From a virus (taxonomy: Duplodnaviria > Caudoviricetes): a stretch of 60,676 nucleotides of DNA. The stretch is taken from the IMG/VR virus record IMGVR_UViG_3300021389_000023, positions 1 to 60,676 of that record; one strand, given 5' to 3'. Numbering within the stretch: position 1 is the first letter of the stretch; each line of letters opens with the position of its first letter. Position numbers and translations under genes: made by a program. The notes below the pieces were generated by a model. That model was not told the DNA's origin, made no database searches, and worked only from the letters and a program-made list of their open reading frames with translations. This document shows positions 6,276-15,412 of the stretch, piece by piece.

Positions 6276-7820
6276 ATGAATGATTTATTTTTTGACCAAG
6301 AGGGTCGTAAAAAACTTATTAGTGGTATCGAAAAGATATCTAGGGCTGTAAAGAGTACTTTAGGTCCATTAGGTAACACTGTCATACTAGAATCTCAGTT
6401 ACACACTAGGGGTTTGACAGTCACTAAGGATGGTGTAACTGTGGCGAAGGCTATTAACCTACAGGATCCTGTAGAGAACTTAGCAGTACGTATGGTAAAG
6501 GAGGCTGCTGATAGGACAGCCACATCTGCTGGCGATGGGACTACCACTGCGATTGTATTGACCGAGGCTATTGTTGTCGAGGGTATGCGTCTAATTCAGG
6601 AGAACCCTTCTATTAATGTCTCTGAACTTGTACGTGAGATGGTTTCTATATCTGATAGTGTTATAAAGATGCTAACCAAGAGATCGAAGAAGGTAACGGG
6701 TCGTACACTCAGGGATGTTGCCACCATATCTTCAAACAATGACAAGGACTTAGGTAAGCTTGTCAGCGACATCTATAAGGAGGTTGGCAAGGATGGTGTT
6801 GTGACTGTAGAGAACAGTCAGACCAGCGACACGTATTACGAGGTAACTAATGGTATAAAGATAGACAGGGGTCATACGAGTCGTTTATTTATCAATAACC
6901 AGAAGAATGACGAGTGTATACTAGACGATGTTTATATATTAGCTACTGACCTTGAGATAAACAGTATCCTAAACATAGAGAACATACTCAAGCCTATAAT
7001 TCAGGGCAATAAGAAGCTACTGATAATAGGTCAGTGCTCACAGAACGTTATAAACACGCTTGGTATGAACGTTGTAAAGAACGGACTAAAGCTTTGTAAC
7101 ATAATACCACCACAGTTTGGCTACAAGACTAAAGAACTTATGTCTGACATAGCTCTATCTGTAGGTGCGAAGTACTTCTCAGAGGACACAGGAGATGATT
7201 TAAGCTTGATTCAGCTGTCAGACCTAGGTCATGCCCAGAAGGTTGTAGTTAGTTCAACACAGACCGTTATAATACGTGACGACAATCGTTCTAACGATGT
7301 CGATGACCGTATTTCTGAGCTAAAGGAGGCTCGTGATCGTTCTCAGAAGAAGTCAGAGAGGGATTTCATAAATGACAGGATAGCTAGTCTATCTGGTGGT
7401 GTTGGTGTTGTTTATGTTGGCGGAGACTCTGACATAGAGCAGAAGGAGTTGTATGACAGGGTCGAGGACGCTGTCTGTGCTGTAAGGTCTGCGATTGAAC
7501 AGGGTATACTACCTGGTGGTGGTTCGGCACTCCTTCATTTTTCTGAAGACGTCATAAAGATGGATTCGGTAGCATCTCAAATTATTGGTATGGCTATGAA
7601 GGCTCCATTTAAGCAGATAGTTGAGAACGCTGGAAAGATGTATCCATGTGTGGCTAACGAGTTTGGTGAGGGATGGGATGTCAAGAACGATGAGTACGGT
7701 AATATGTACAAGATGGGTGTCATAGACCCAGCAAAGGTAACAAAGAACGCACTAAAGAATGCGGTATCCATTGCGACAACTATATTAACCACTAACGCAA
7801 TTATAACGATAAAAAGATGA
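6276..7820 (+). CDS. groEL: Chaperonin GroEL (Cpn60)
   Basis: TLGP, TKDGVTVAK, GDGTTTA and GVIDP motifs; 514 aa; no GGM tail. Confidence 0.97.
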   Translation: MNDLFFDQEGRKKLISGIEKISRAVKSTLGPLGNTVILESQLHTRGLTVTKDGVTVAKAINLQDPVENLAVRMVKEAADRTATSAGDGTTTAIVLTEAIVVEGMRLIQENPSINVSELVREMVSISDSVIKMLTKRSKKVTGRTLRDVATISSNNDKDLGKLVSDIYKEVGKDGVVTVENSQTSDTYYEVTNGIKIDRGHTSRLFINNQKNDECILDDVYILATDLEINSILNIENILKPIIQGNKKLLIIGQCSQNVINTLGMNVVKNGLKLCNIIPPQFGYKTKELMSDIALSVGAKYFSEDTGDDLSLIQLSDLGHAQKVVVSSTQTVIIRDDNRSNDVDDRISELKEARDRSQKKSERDFINDRIASLSGGVGVVYVGGDSDIEQKELYDRVEDAVCAVRSAIEQGILPGGGSALLHFSEDVIKMDSVASQIIGMAMKAPFKQIVENAGKMYPCVANEFGEGWDVKNDEYGNMYKMGVIDPAKVTKNALKNAVSIATTILTTNAIITIKR

Positions 7821-8074
7821 GAGCTATAAACAAGTATATAATAATAGAAAAAATTTCAGAGGAGATGAAGACCGAGTCAGGTCTTCTACTCTCTGGAGAG
7901 GATGCAAACGAGTTTCGTTACAGTAAGGGACGAGTTGTCAATCCAGGGACGAATGTTGAGACCGTTAAAGAGGGTGACGTAATTTACTACGACAAGTCAT
8001 CTGGTCACACAATGGTAATACAGGACAAGAAATTTACAATTATTCTAGAGAGGGACGTTGTTGTTGTCTTGTAG
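7817..8074 (+). CDS. groES: Co-chaperonin GroES (Cpn10)
   Basis: KTESGLLLS mobile loop and VKEGDVIYY; coupled to groEL. Confidence 0.9.
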   Translation: MRAINKYIIIEKISEEMKTESGLLLSGEDANEFRYSKGRVVNPGTNVETVKEGDVIYYDKSSGHTMVIQDKKFTIILERDVVVVL

Positions 8075-8570
8075 TTTTATTCATTTTTTTAATAGCTCGT
8101 CTGTACACCTTATCGGTGTATGGCGAGTTTTTTTTGAATATAGGGTTATGATCTGGTGACTCTGATATGTCCTCCTCTCCTGATAGTTTTTTATAGAAAC
8201 TGTTGATGAACCTCTTACCTTTGTAAGAAACCTCGTACAGTGCTGACTCTGATCCTTTTTTCTTTCTCCATTTTGATATCCAACCATCACGAAGCAGGTT
8301 CTCAAACCTTGTAACGTCCCATGAGAATATTTCCTCGTACTCATTGAAGTCTGTCCTCTTGAATAGTCTCTCGCTGTATAAGAAAAGTAGCATCTCTAGA
8401 TCTGCTAGACCTATTCCCTTACTTCTCTTAGCCCAGTACCTAACGACCCTTAAATATTTAAGGTAGTCATGTGTAGGCTGCTTCCTATCGTAGTTTATTC
8501 TAACTATATCGTTGTAGCCTTTAGTAGGAACCTTACGTTCATACTTTCGTCTCATCTTGCGTTTTTTCAT
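8040..8570 (-). CDS. Putative winged-HTH transcriptional regulator
   Basis: DLEMLLFL...LLRDGWI...LYEVSYKG MarR-like pattern; only minus-strand gene in the late arm. Confidence 0.6.
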   Translation of the reverse strand: MKKRKMRRKYERKVPTKGYNDIVRINYDRKQPTHDYLKYLRVVRYWAKRSKGIGLADLEMLLFLYSERLFKRTDFNEYEEIFSWDVTRFENLLRDGWISKWRKKKGSESALYEVSYKGKRFINSFYKKLSGEEDISESPDHNPIFKKNSPYTDKVYRRAIKKMNKTTRQQQRPSLE

Positions 8571-8575
8571 TATAA

Positions 8576-8602
8576 CAAATATAATAATTTTATATATCTT
8601 TG
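8576..8602. promoter_or_regulatory. Back-to-back divergent -7 boxes
   Basis: Minus-strand TATATTTG at 8576-8583; plus-strand TATCTTTG at 8595-8602. Confidence 0.65.
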
Positions 8603-8790
8603 CATAAAAATAATAAAGTTATGAAAAAGAGTAAACCATGCACGTCAAAAATTAAGAAGACTAGTTATGCTAAGAAAAAAAAGAAGTAAGACAGGCATTC
8701 AAGAGTTAGTTGAGTCTAAGAAGGCTGAAAAGATGGCGAAAGAGATGAATAAAGCCATGATGAAGGCTATTATTTACAATAAGATAAAGA

Positions 8791-9069
8791 ATGGGTCTAA
8801 GTAGATCGGCAAAATATTATCGGGATAATCCCGAAGCCAGGGCGAAGAAAAACGCTTATCAAAAAACATTTAATAAAAAGAAAAGTCAAAGTAAGAACAG
8901 GGTAAACCTGAATCGTCTGAACAGGCTCTTTGGAACGTACGGTAATGGGGATAATTTAGATGTTTCTCATCGATCTGGCAAGAAACCAAGACTTGAATCC
9001 CAGTCTAAAAACAGGGGAAGTAAGACAAACACACCTGGCGACAAGAGAGCTAGAGGTAGGAAGAAATAA
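8791..9069 (+). CDS. Small basic protein with a degenerate HNH-like motif (DVSH...S.NR)
   Basis: 92 aa, K/R-rich; motif recalled. Confidence 0.6.
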   Translation: MGLSRSAKYYRDNPEARAKKNAYQKTFNKKKSQSKNRVNLNRLNRLFGTYGNGDNLDVSHRSGKKPRLESQSKNRGSKTNTPGDKRARGRKK

Positions 9070-9194
9070 TGAAAAAGAAGAGCGTTAAAGACAGCTGCTA
9101 TTACAAGGTAAAGAAGTCCTACAAGGTCTTCCCAAGTGCGTATGCAAGTGGTGCTATAGCGAAGTGTAGGAAAGCAAAATATAAGAAAAAGTAA
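9069..9194 (+). CDS. 41-aa basic protein (KDSCYYKVK..YKVFPSAYASGAIAKCRK)
   Basis: Hand-translated; TAATG coupling on both sides; PSAYASG motif recalled from other viruses. Confidence 0.75.
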   Translation: MKKKSVKDSCYYKVKKSYKVFPSAYASGAIAKCRKAKYKKK

Positions 9195-9496
9195 TGAGTT
9201 GTAAAGGATTAAAAGGAAAAGCCTTAAAGGATTGTATGGCGGCTGCGGCTGTTAAGAGAAAAAATAAGAAAGACTCTTTAGTAGTCGAAAGGACTCGTCA
9301 GAGAGACTCTGTTACCAAGGCTCTACAGGAAAGAAACCTTGCTAAGAAGAAGAAGATGATGGATGCTGCTGTTGCGAGAAAAAAGAAGAAGTTTGCTGAC
9401 TCTGAAAGAAGACACCAAATGAAAATAGATTCGGGTTGGCAGCATTTAGGCAGATACAATGAATACCACAGGGGTAGCAAAAGAAAAAAGCAATAA
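9194..9496 (+). CDS. Basic hypothetical protein
   Basis: 100-aa K/R-rich ORF, coupled. Confidence 0.7.
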   Translation: MSCKGLKGKALKDCMAAAAVKRKNKKDSLVVERTRQRDSVTKALQERNLAKKKKMMDAAVARKKKKFADSERRHQMKIDSGWQHLGRYNEYHRGSKRKKQ

Positions 9497-9498
9497 CA

Positions 9499-9732
9499 AT
9501 GGCTGTAAGGAAGACGAAGAGAGGTTTATCTCTAAAACGCTGGTTTTCAGAGAAGTGGACTGATCAGGACGGAAATCCTTGCGGATCGCCTAAAGGCGAT
9601 AAGATAAAGAAGTGTAGACCTTCAAAGAGGGTAAGTAAAAAAACACCAAAGACATGGAGACAGGTAGACAAGAAAAAGGTTGTCGCTGAAAAGAAACGTG
9701 TCGGAATGGGAAAAAGAACAAAGAAAGCATGA
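9499..9732 (+). CDS. Basic protein (LKRWF.EKW...CRP.KRVS.KTPKT; DUF5872-like)
   Basis: Motif recalled from cyanophage and NCLDV proteins. Confidence 0.7.
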   Translation: MAVRKTKRGLSLKRWFSEKWTDQDGNPCGSPKGDKIKKCRPSKRVSKKTPKTWRQVDKKKVVAEKKRVGMGKRTKKA

Positions 9733-10001
9733 GCAAAATAGATTTATACGGAACAGACTCTGTAATTCAGGACGAGGATAAGATAATTGGTACTGATGGT
9801 ACAAGCGGTTCTGACTCAGGTAAGACAAAAAACTTTACAGTTTCGTCTCTAACGACATATATTTCAGCGGAGACATTATCACACCCTGTAATTATTACAG
9901 GATTGTTGGAGGCTGCTGATGATTCGGCTGCTGCTACTGCTGGCGTTGCTGTTGGCGGTGTGTATAAGAACTCAGGTGTATTACAAATAAGAGAGGTATA
10001 A
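9729..10001 (+). CDS. Small virion decoration or fibre-like protein
   Basis: N-terminal DK.IGTD...TKNFTV motif shared with 13412..14131. Confidence 0.65.
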   Translation: MSKIDLYGTDSVIQDEDKIIGTDGTSGSDSGKTKNFTVSSLTTYISAETLSHPVIITGLLEAADDSAAATAGVAVGGVYKNSGVLQIREV

Positions 10002-10291
10002 TGGCAGACAAGAGTAAGATGAAGTGTAATGTCGTTAAAAAAAGCGACAGGGCTGGTAAAAAAAAGATGGTTAAGGCTTGCTCTGGAGGCAAGGAGAAGC
10101 TTATACACTTCGGTGCTAGTGGATATGGACATAACTACTCAGCCGCTGCAAGAAAGTCATTTAAGGCACGTCATAAATGCTCAACAGCAACTAATAAGCT
10201 ATCAGCCAGATACTGGTCATGTAAAAAGTTGTGGGCAGGTAAAGGAGGTAGCACCAAGTCTTCTCCATCATCAAAAAGAGGAAAATACTAA
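10001..10291 (+). CDS. Basic conserved viral protein (IHFGA.GY...RKSF.ARH.C...SARYWS..LW)
   Basis: Motif recalled from phage and NCLDV small proteins. Confidence 0.75.
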   Translation: MADKSKMKCNVVKKSDRAGKKKMVKACSGGKEKLIHFGASGYGHNYSAAARKSFKARHKCSTATNKLSARYWSCKKLWAGKGGSTKSSPSSKRGKY

Positions 10292-10554
10292 TGGTATATT
10301 ATATATTTACTGCAATGCTTTTGGTTATAATAGCTATATTATTACTATATAAGTTTAAAATATTAAAGGATGATGATAATGATTTCATTCCTGATGAGGT
10401 TGAGGATTTATACGAAAAATTTCAGGCTGATGTAAAGACTAGGGTTGAGAATATGAAGGATGAGGCTGAAGATGTTAAGGATGCTGCTAGTAATTTAGTA
10501 AAACAAACTGGTGATGTTTTTGACGCAGCTGCTGGTAAAAAAAATAATTCATGA
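10291..10554 (+). CDS. Membrane-anchored coiled-coil protein (possible lysis accessory)
   Basis: N-terminal TM helix; DDDNDFIPD motif. Confidence 0.65.
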   Translation: MVYYIFTAMLLVIIAILLLYKFKILKDDDNDFIPDEVEDLYEKFQADVKTRVENMKDEAEDVKDAASNLVKQTGDVFDAAAGKKNNS

Positions 10555-10697
10555 AGTCGAGAGGTTTAGGTGATAGTATTGATAGGTTTACTTCTGCTAC
10601 AGGAATAAAGTCTGTAGTAAAAAAAGCTACGAAGGGTAATTGCGGTTGTGAAAAGCGTCGCAAAAAATTAAATGATTTATTTCCATATAAAAAATGA
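10551..10697 (+). CDS. 48-aa conserved protein (GLGD.I...TGIK...CGC..R..KLN..FPY)
   Basis: Hand-translated; pattern recalled from Flavobacteriia phages. Confidence 0.75.
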   Translation: MKSRGLGDSIDRFTSATGIKSVVKKATKGNCGCEKRRKKLNDLFPYKK

Positions 10698-10855
10698 CAA
10701 CTGAGGATTTGAAAATAGGATTTTTAAACTTGTCGACATTTTTAGTGTCGTTTTCTAATATAGAGTCTATACTTAAGATTATTCTATTAATAGTATCTAT
10801 AGTGTATACTTTAAATAAGATAGTTAATCTTAGGAATGAAAAGAAAAATAAATAA
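10694..10855 (+). CDS. Putative small holin (53 aa, two hydrophobic segments, basic tail)
   Basis: Hand-translated; directly upstream of the endolysin. Confidence 0.6.
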   Translation: MTTEDLKIGFLNLSTFLVSFSNIESILKIILLIVSIVYTLNKIVNLRNEKKNK

Positions 10856-11267
10856 GATAATTGTACACTGTACCGCTACTCCAGAGGGTAGGTATGTGTC
10901 TGTTGATGATATAAGGCGATGGCACATTGATAGAGGTTGGAGTGATATAGGTTATCATTATGTTATTGATCTTTATGGTATGATCCATGAGGGTAGACCA
11001 TTATATAGGTCTGGTGCTCATACTAAGGGTCATAATTCTGACAGTATAGGGATAACTTATGTTGGAGGTATGAGTAGTGATATGAGTTGTTCTATGGATA
11101 CTAGGACAGACGAACAAAAGGAGACTCTTGATTTTTTCTTAAAGTATTTAAAGAATATTCATCCCAATGCAGAGATATTTGGTCATAGGGATTTTTCAAG
11201 TAAGGATTGTCCTAGCTTTGATGCTAGGTCTGAGTATAAGAGTATAAGTGAAATGTATAGTGAGTAA
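10836..11267 (+). CDS. Endolysin, N-acetylmuramoyl-L-alanine amidase (Amidase_2, T7 lysozyme-like)
   Basis: IIVHCTAT, GWSDIGYHY, GAHTKGHN, GHRD and KDCPSFD motifs. Confidence 0.95.
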   Translation: MKRKINKIIVHCTATPEGRYVSVDDIRRWHIDRGWSDIGYHYVIDLYGMIHEGRPLYRSGAHTKGHNSDSIGITYVGGMSSDMSCSMDTRTDEQKETLDFFLKYLKNIHPNAEIFGHRDFSSKDCPSFDARSEYKSISEMYSE

Positions 11268-11724
11268 GGACAAGAAAACATACAAAGAAAGAAACGGTAC
11301 TACTAGGGTTGGCGACTTTTTAAGGAGTATAAACTTTAGTAAGGCTGCTGATGTTGTTATGGACATTGTTGGTGGCAATTTTAAAGGTGCTTTAGAAACT
11401 ATAAAAGGTAGCGACGAACTAACACCAGCACAAATAGAATTTGCATTGAGAGAGCTTGAGTATGATATGCAGGAGATGCAAGAGGTTACTAAACGCTGGG
11501 AGAGCGATATGCTAAGTGACAGTTTCTGGAGCAAGAATATAAGACCTCTAAGCTTAGGTTTTTTGACAGTTACACTGTTTATATACATAATACTAGATAG
11601 TACGTTAGAAGGCTTTAAAATAGATAAGGAGTGGATAGATTTACTATCCTCTTTATTACTTTTAGTTTATGGCGGATATTTTGGTGCTAGAACTGTTGAG
11701 AAGGTGATAAAAAAAAATAGATAA
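11248..11724 (+). CDS. Holin-like membrane protein (GTA 3TM holin type)
   Basis: RW..DM.SD..SKNIRP...YFG.R..EK pattern with TM helices; start may be the GTG at 11260. Confidence 0.75.
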   Translation: MKCIVSKDKKTYKERNGTTRVGDFLRSINFSKAADVVMDIVGGNFKGALETIKGSDELTPAQIEFALRELEYDMQEMQEVTKRWESDMLSDSFWSKNIRPLSLGFLTVTLFIYIILDSTLEGFKIDKEWIDLLSSLLLLVYGGYFGARTVEKVIKKNR

Positions 11725-11733
11725 AAAGATGCA

Positions 11734-11741
11734 TATATTTG
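11734..11741 (+). promoter_or_regulatory. -7 box TATATTTG heading the tail-fibre module
   Basis: Consensus match in an intergenic gap. Confidence 0.6.
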
Positions 11742-11768
11742 CAATTAATAAATAAAAAAAATGATTTT

Positions 11769-12041
11769 ATGAGTACAAGTTTATATTTTTCAAAAGATTA
11801 CCAAAAACTATCATTCGGGGACAATGGTTTGAGAGTTATATCAGCTACAGAAACTTCTGTATCTGGAGAAACATTTGGTGCAATTCAAGTTATTGAAGAT
11901 TCTACTATTTCTTGCGATAATAATACTGATGCTGGGGATAGTTCAATTAGCTCTTTGGGGTTAACTTCAGGAACGATTATATATGGAAACTTTGATGACA
12001 TTTCTGTTGCAAGTGGTAAAATAATTGCTTATTTACGTTAA
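11769..12041 (+). CDS. Small virion structural protein
   Basis: Ser/Gly beta-rich sequence ending IAY; start moved downstream of the promoter. Confidence 0.7.
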   Translation: MSTSLYFSKDYQKLSFGDNGLRVISATETSVSGETFGAIQVIEDSTISCDNNTDAGDSSISSLGLTSGTIIYGNFDDISVASGKIIAYLR

Positions 12042-12044
12042 TTT

Positions 12045-12923
12045 ATGTTAGGATTAAATTTAGGATTAAATAATCATACGAATATAGGTGCAAGTAGTGG
12101 TTCAAGAGGTTTTACTTTTGAAATAGATGTTCAAGCTAACGATGTAATAACATTACCTTTAGTAAGTTCTTCTAGTTATGATTTTGTTTCTGAATGGGGC
12201 GACGGAAGTAGTGATACAATTACCGCTTTTAACTCGCCTAATGCTACGCACACTTATACTGATGCTGGTACTTATACTGTTGTTTGCGTGGGAAGTATGC
12301 CAGCTATAACATTTAAAAGTGCAACCACAGTTTTAAAAAATGCTTTAAAAAGTGTAATTAGCTACGGAGAAGAAGATGTTCTTACATTATTAAATTTTTC
12401 TGGGTGCGTAAATTTAACTTCTTTACCAGATGAAACTGCTAAGTTAAGAAATGTTACTACTTTTAGGGAATTTTTAAGAGGTACTGGAATTGTAGGAATA
12501 CCAGTTGGTACACTTGCTGAAAATACTACTGCATCTGATTTTTATTTATTTGCAGAAAGTTGCACAAGCCTAGCAGGTTTAGATGTAGATATTTTTAAAG
12601 ATAATATTAATATGTCTAATATAACAATAGCATTTAATAACTGCCCATCAACTAGTGGAAATTTAGGGGATATTTTTAGAAACTGCCCTAATATTAGTAG
12701 TTTAAGTAGGACTTTTCAAGGTACTAGGTTTAATACAGTTGACAGTAATTTTGGTCAGTTTAATACCATTACAAATTTTTATAGAGCTTTCTTTGGTAAT
12801 TTAGGAGCAACTGGCGATGCACCAGCGTTGTGGTTAAGATTTCCTTCAGCTACAAATACAACCCAAGCCTTTGCAGGCGGTACTTGGGCAAACAATGATG
12901 ATATACCAATAGCGTGGAAATAA
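12045..12923 (+). CDS. PKD-like plus BspA/DUF285-like repeat protein (putative adhesin or fibre)
   Basis: WGDG...HTY..AGTYTV motif followed by F..C..L repeats. Confidence 0.7.
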   Translation: MLGLNLGLNNHTNIGASSGSRGFTFEIDVQANDVITLPLVSSSSYDFVSEWGDGSSDTITAFNSPNATHTYTDAGTYTVVCVGSMPAITFKSATTVLKNALKSVISYGEEDVLTLLNFSGCVNLTSLPDETAKLRNVTTFREFLRGTGIVGIPVGTLAENTTASDFYLFAESCTSLAGLDVDIFKDNINMSNITIAFNNCPSTSGNLGDIFRNCPNISSLSRTFQGTRFNTVDSNFGQFNTITNFYRAFFGNLGATGDAPALWLRFPSATNTTQAFAGGTWANNDDIPIAWK

Positions 12924-12925
12924 AA

Positions 12926-13411
12926 ATGCAAAAACTAATCTACATACTACTATTTACAACCTTTTGTCAAGCACAAGATAATGTTAGTATATCTGTTTTT
13001 CAAGATGTTAAGTTTGCATTACAAGGCGATGTATCTAGGGGTTATAAAGCTGGTACTTTAAATATACTAGCTAGATTAAAGATGCAAGGCAATCAAGACG
13101 AGTTAGGATATTTTGTTGTAGCACCAGAGTTTGAGTATGCAGACTTACAAGGTACATATAGACGTTACTCAGTAAATGTAGGATATACATTAAATTCTAT
13201 AAAAAAAATAGAGGTTACGCCAATGATAAACTACGGTTGGATAGATAGAGGTGTATCTACATTTAGCGGTGGTGGTTCTATTGAAACGATGTATAAATTA
13301 AGCGACAATATAAAAATAGGATTATTAAACCAATTAGTACACCGTACAGATTTACCGAATAGAAAACTTGGTTATAGTTTCTTTTTTGGTACTGAAATTA
13401 ATATGAAATAG
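12926..13411 (+). CDS. Secreted outer-membrane beta-barrel-like protein
   Basis: Signal peptide MQKLIYILLFTTFCQAQ; alternating amphipathic strands (YSVNVGYT, YSFFFGTEIN). Confidence 0.6.
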   Translation: MQKLIYILLFTTFCQAQDNVSISVFQDVKFALQGDVSRGYKAGTLNILARLKMQGNQDELGYFVVAPEFEYADLQGTYRRYSVNVGYTLNSIKKIEVTPMINYGWIDRGVSTFSGGGSIETMYKLSDNIKIGLLNQLVHRTDLPNRKLGYSFFFGTEINMK

Positions 13412-14131
13412 ATGACAAAAATAAAAATATATCCTATAGATACTAATATTAGTGGTGGAGATAAGTGGATAGGAACTGACTCTGATTCTAATGGTATCAC
13501 TAAGAACTTTACGGTATCTGGATTAGGTGATTACTTCAACAATGTGAGTACGATAAATTTATCTAACTCATTAAGATTTAAGTATGACACTGTAGATGTT
13601 GGAGATGATAGAGCTATAGGAAGTTTTTCTTTTGAGACTGAAGTGGGTGCTACCGTAGATTTTTCTTCTATATCTAGCTTAATGTTTCATCAAAACACAT
13701 CAAACGGTAAAAATATTGTGAACCTTATGGGTGCATTCAGTGGTAACATTGTAATGTTAAGCAAGGTAGACGAACCAAATAAATTTGCCTTTTATAAGAT
13801 AACAAGCTACGAGCAGAATATAACGGAGACTGAGTTCTACGACACATCATTATCATACATTCAGGGGAATGGATCTATAGAGGAGGATGAGTTTTATTTC
13901 TTATCTTTGCTTCAGTTTGATAACATTTTAGGTAATGACAAGCATTATACGCATAATCAATCAGTTGCTGGATCAACATGGAGTATTAGTCATAACCTTA
14001 ATAAGTTTCCATCTGTAACAGCTGTTCTTTCAACGGGACAAAAAGGTTATGCAGATGTTACATATATAGACGAAAACAATTTAACAATAACATTTGCCAG
14101 CGCAGAATCTGGTAAAGCATACATGAACTAA
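13412..14131 (+). CDS. Tail fibre or virion appendage protein
   Basis: Shared N-terminal anchor motif; C-terminal W.I.HNL.KFPSV domain. Confidence 0.75.
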   Translation: MTKIKIYPIDTNISGGDKWIGTDSDSNGITKNFTVSGLGDYFNNVSTINLSNSLRFKYDTVDVGDDRAIGSFSFETEVGATVDFSSISSLMFHQNTSNGKNIVNLMGAFSGNIVMLSKVDEPNKFAFYKITSYEQNITETEFYDTSLSYIQGNGSIEEDEFYFLSLLQFDNILGNDKHYTHNQSVAGSTWSISHNLNKFPSVTAVLSTGQKGYADVTYIDENNLTITFASAESGKAYMN

Positions 14132-14133
14132 CT

Positions 14134-15396
14134 ATGGCAATACCATTTTTGAATAACATTGACCTCGATAATAACGAGTTACAAAATGCAAAGCTTCACA
14201 TAACTGGATCAGCTAATACAAACCCTGGTCAAATATACTTTGACACTGGTGACAACTTAGCTAAATACTATTCTAACGGGGTAGACACTTGGATATCTTT
14301 AAAAGAATACAGCTTTGGTAGTGGAACATTTGTAAACCTATCAACAACAGGCACTACAGCTAAACCTATAATAACAGCGGAGTTGTCAGCAACAGGAACA
14401 CCTGATGCAACGGTATTTTTAAGAGGTGACAATACATGGTCTCCAATTAGCGCAATACCTGGGACTTACACGTTTGACGTAGCTGGAGATAATGCTGTAG
14501 TTGAAAGAATAATCAGTGGTGATACTTTAAGCATATCTGGAGGTACTAACATTGGTACAGTTGTAGGTGCAACAGATACTTTGACTGTTAATCTAGACGA
14601 CAGTATAGATCTAGCAGGTACACTAACAGTTAGTGGAACAGGGCAATCGAGTTTTGCGGGTCAAGTAACGATACCATCATCTCCAGTTGCTTCTACTGAC
14701 GCGGCTTCAAAAGGATATGTTGACGAGGTTGTTGCTGGTGGTTTAATTTACCAAGGCGGATATAACGCTGCTACAAACACACCTAATCTAGATTCTTCAC
14801 CAAGTTCATCTATTAAAAAAGGTTGGACATACACGGTTACTGCTGACGGTAGTTTCTTTACAGAGCAGGTTAGAGTTGGTGACGTGTTAATATCAGAAGT
14901 AAATTCTCCAACTGCATTAGCTGATTGGACGACTGTACAAAATAACATTGACTTAGCTAGTTCAACACAAATAGGTATAGGTAATGTAGTTCAATCTACA
15001 GCTGAAGATAAAACAGGTATAGACGTAAGTTACTCAGGTGGTACTGCCACGGTAGGGTTAAACATAGACGACATAACTCAGGTATCAAGTCTTAATGAAC
15101 CAGATGACAGTTTTATTCCATTTTGGAACGAACCAGATGGTGAGAATCAAAGGATTAGTTCTCAGGATTTAGCTCTACAATTAAGCGGTTTAATCTCGAA
15201 GGCTTTTACAATAACAGATACCGCTACTGTAACACATAGTTTAAACACTAAAGATGTTATTATACAACTTTATGATATAACAACAAATGAGACAGTGTAT
15301 GCTGATGTAGATCGCATATCAACATCTCAAGCAACAATCACGTTCGCTACAACACCAACGAACTCTATTAGAGTGTTAGTGCAAAAAATAGGTTAA
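14134..15396 (+). CDS. Tail fibre protein
   Basis: FLRGD, DAASKGYVD and H.L.TKDVIIQ motifs; T/S/G-rich. Confidence 0.8.
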   Translation: MAIPFLNNIDLDNNELQNAKLHITGSANTNPGQIYFDTGDNLAKYYSNGVDTWISLKEYSFGSGTFVNLSTTGTTAKPIITAELSATGTPDATVFLRGDNTWSPISAIPGTYTFDVAGDNAVVERIISGDTLSISGGTNIGTVVGATDTLTVNLDDSIDLAGTLTVSGTGQSSFAGQVTIPSSPVASTDAASKGYVDEVVAGGLIYQGGYNAATNTPNLDSSPSSSIKKGWTYTVTADGSFFTEQVRVGDVLISEVNSPTALADWTTVQNNIDLASSTQIGIGNVVQSTAEDKTGIDVSYSGGTATVGLNIDDITQVSSLNEPDDSFIPFWNEPDGENQRISSQDLALQLSGLISKAFTITDTATVTHSLNTKDVIIQLYDITTNETVYADVDRISTSQATITFATTPTNSIRVLVQKIG

Positions 15397-15412
15397 TAAT
15401 AAAATTTAATAT

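Noticed and set aside
5576-6385. ORFs 5576..5782, 5745..5978 and 6167..6385
   Set aside because: Low-complexity translations across regulatory repeats or antisense to groEL
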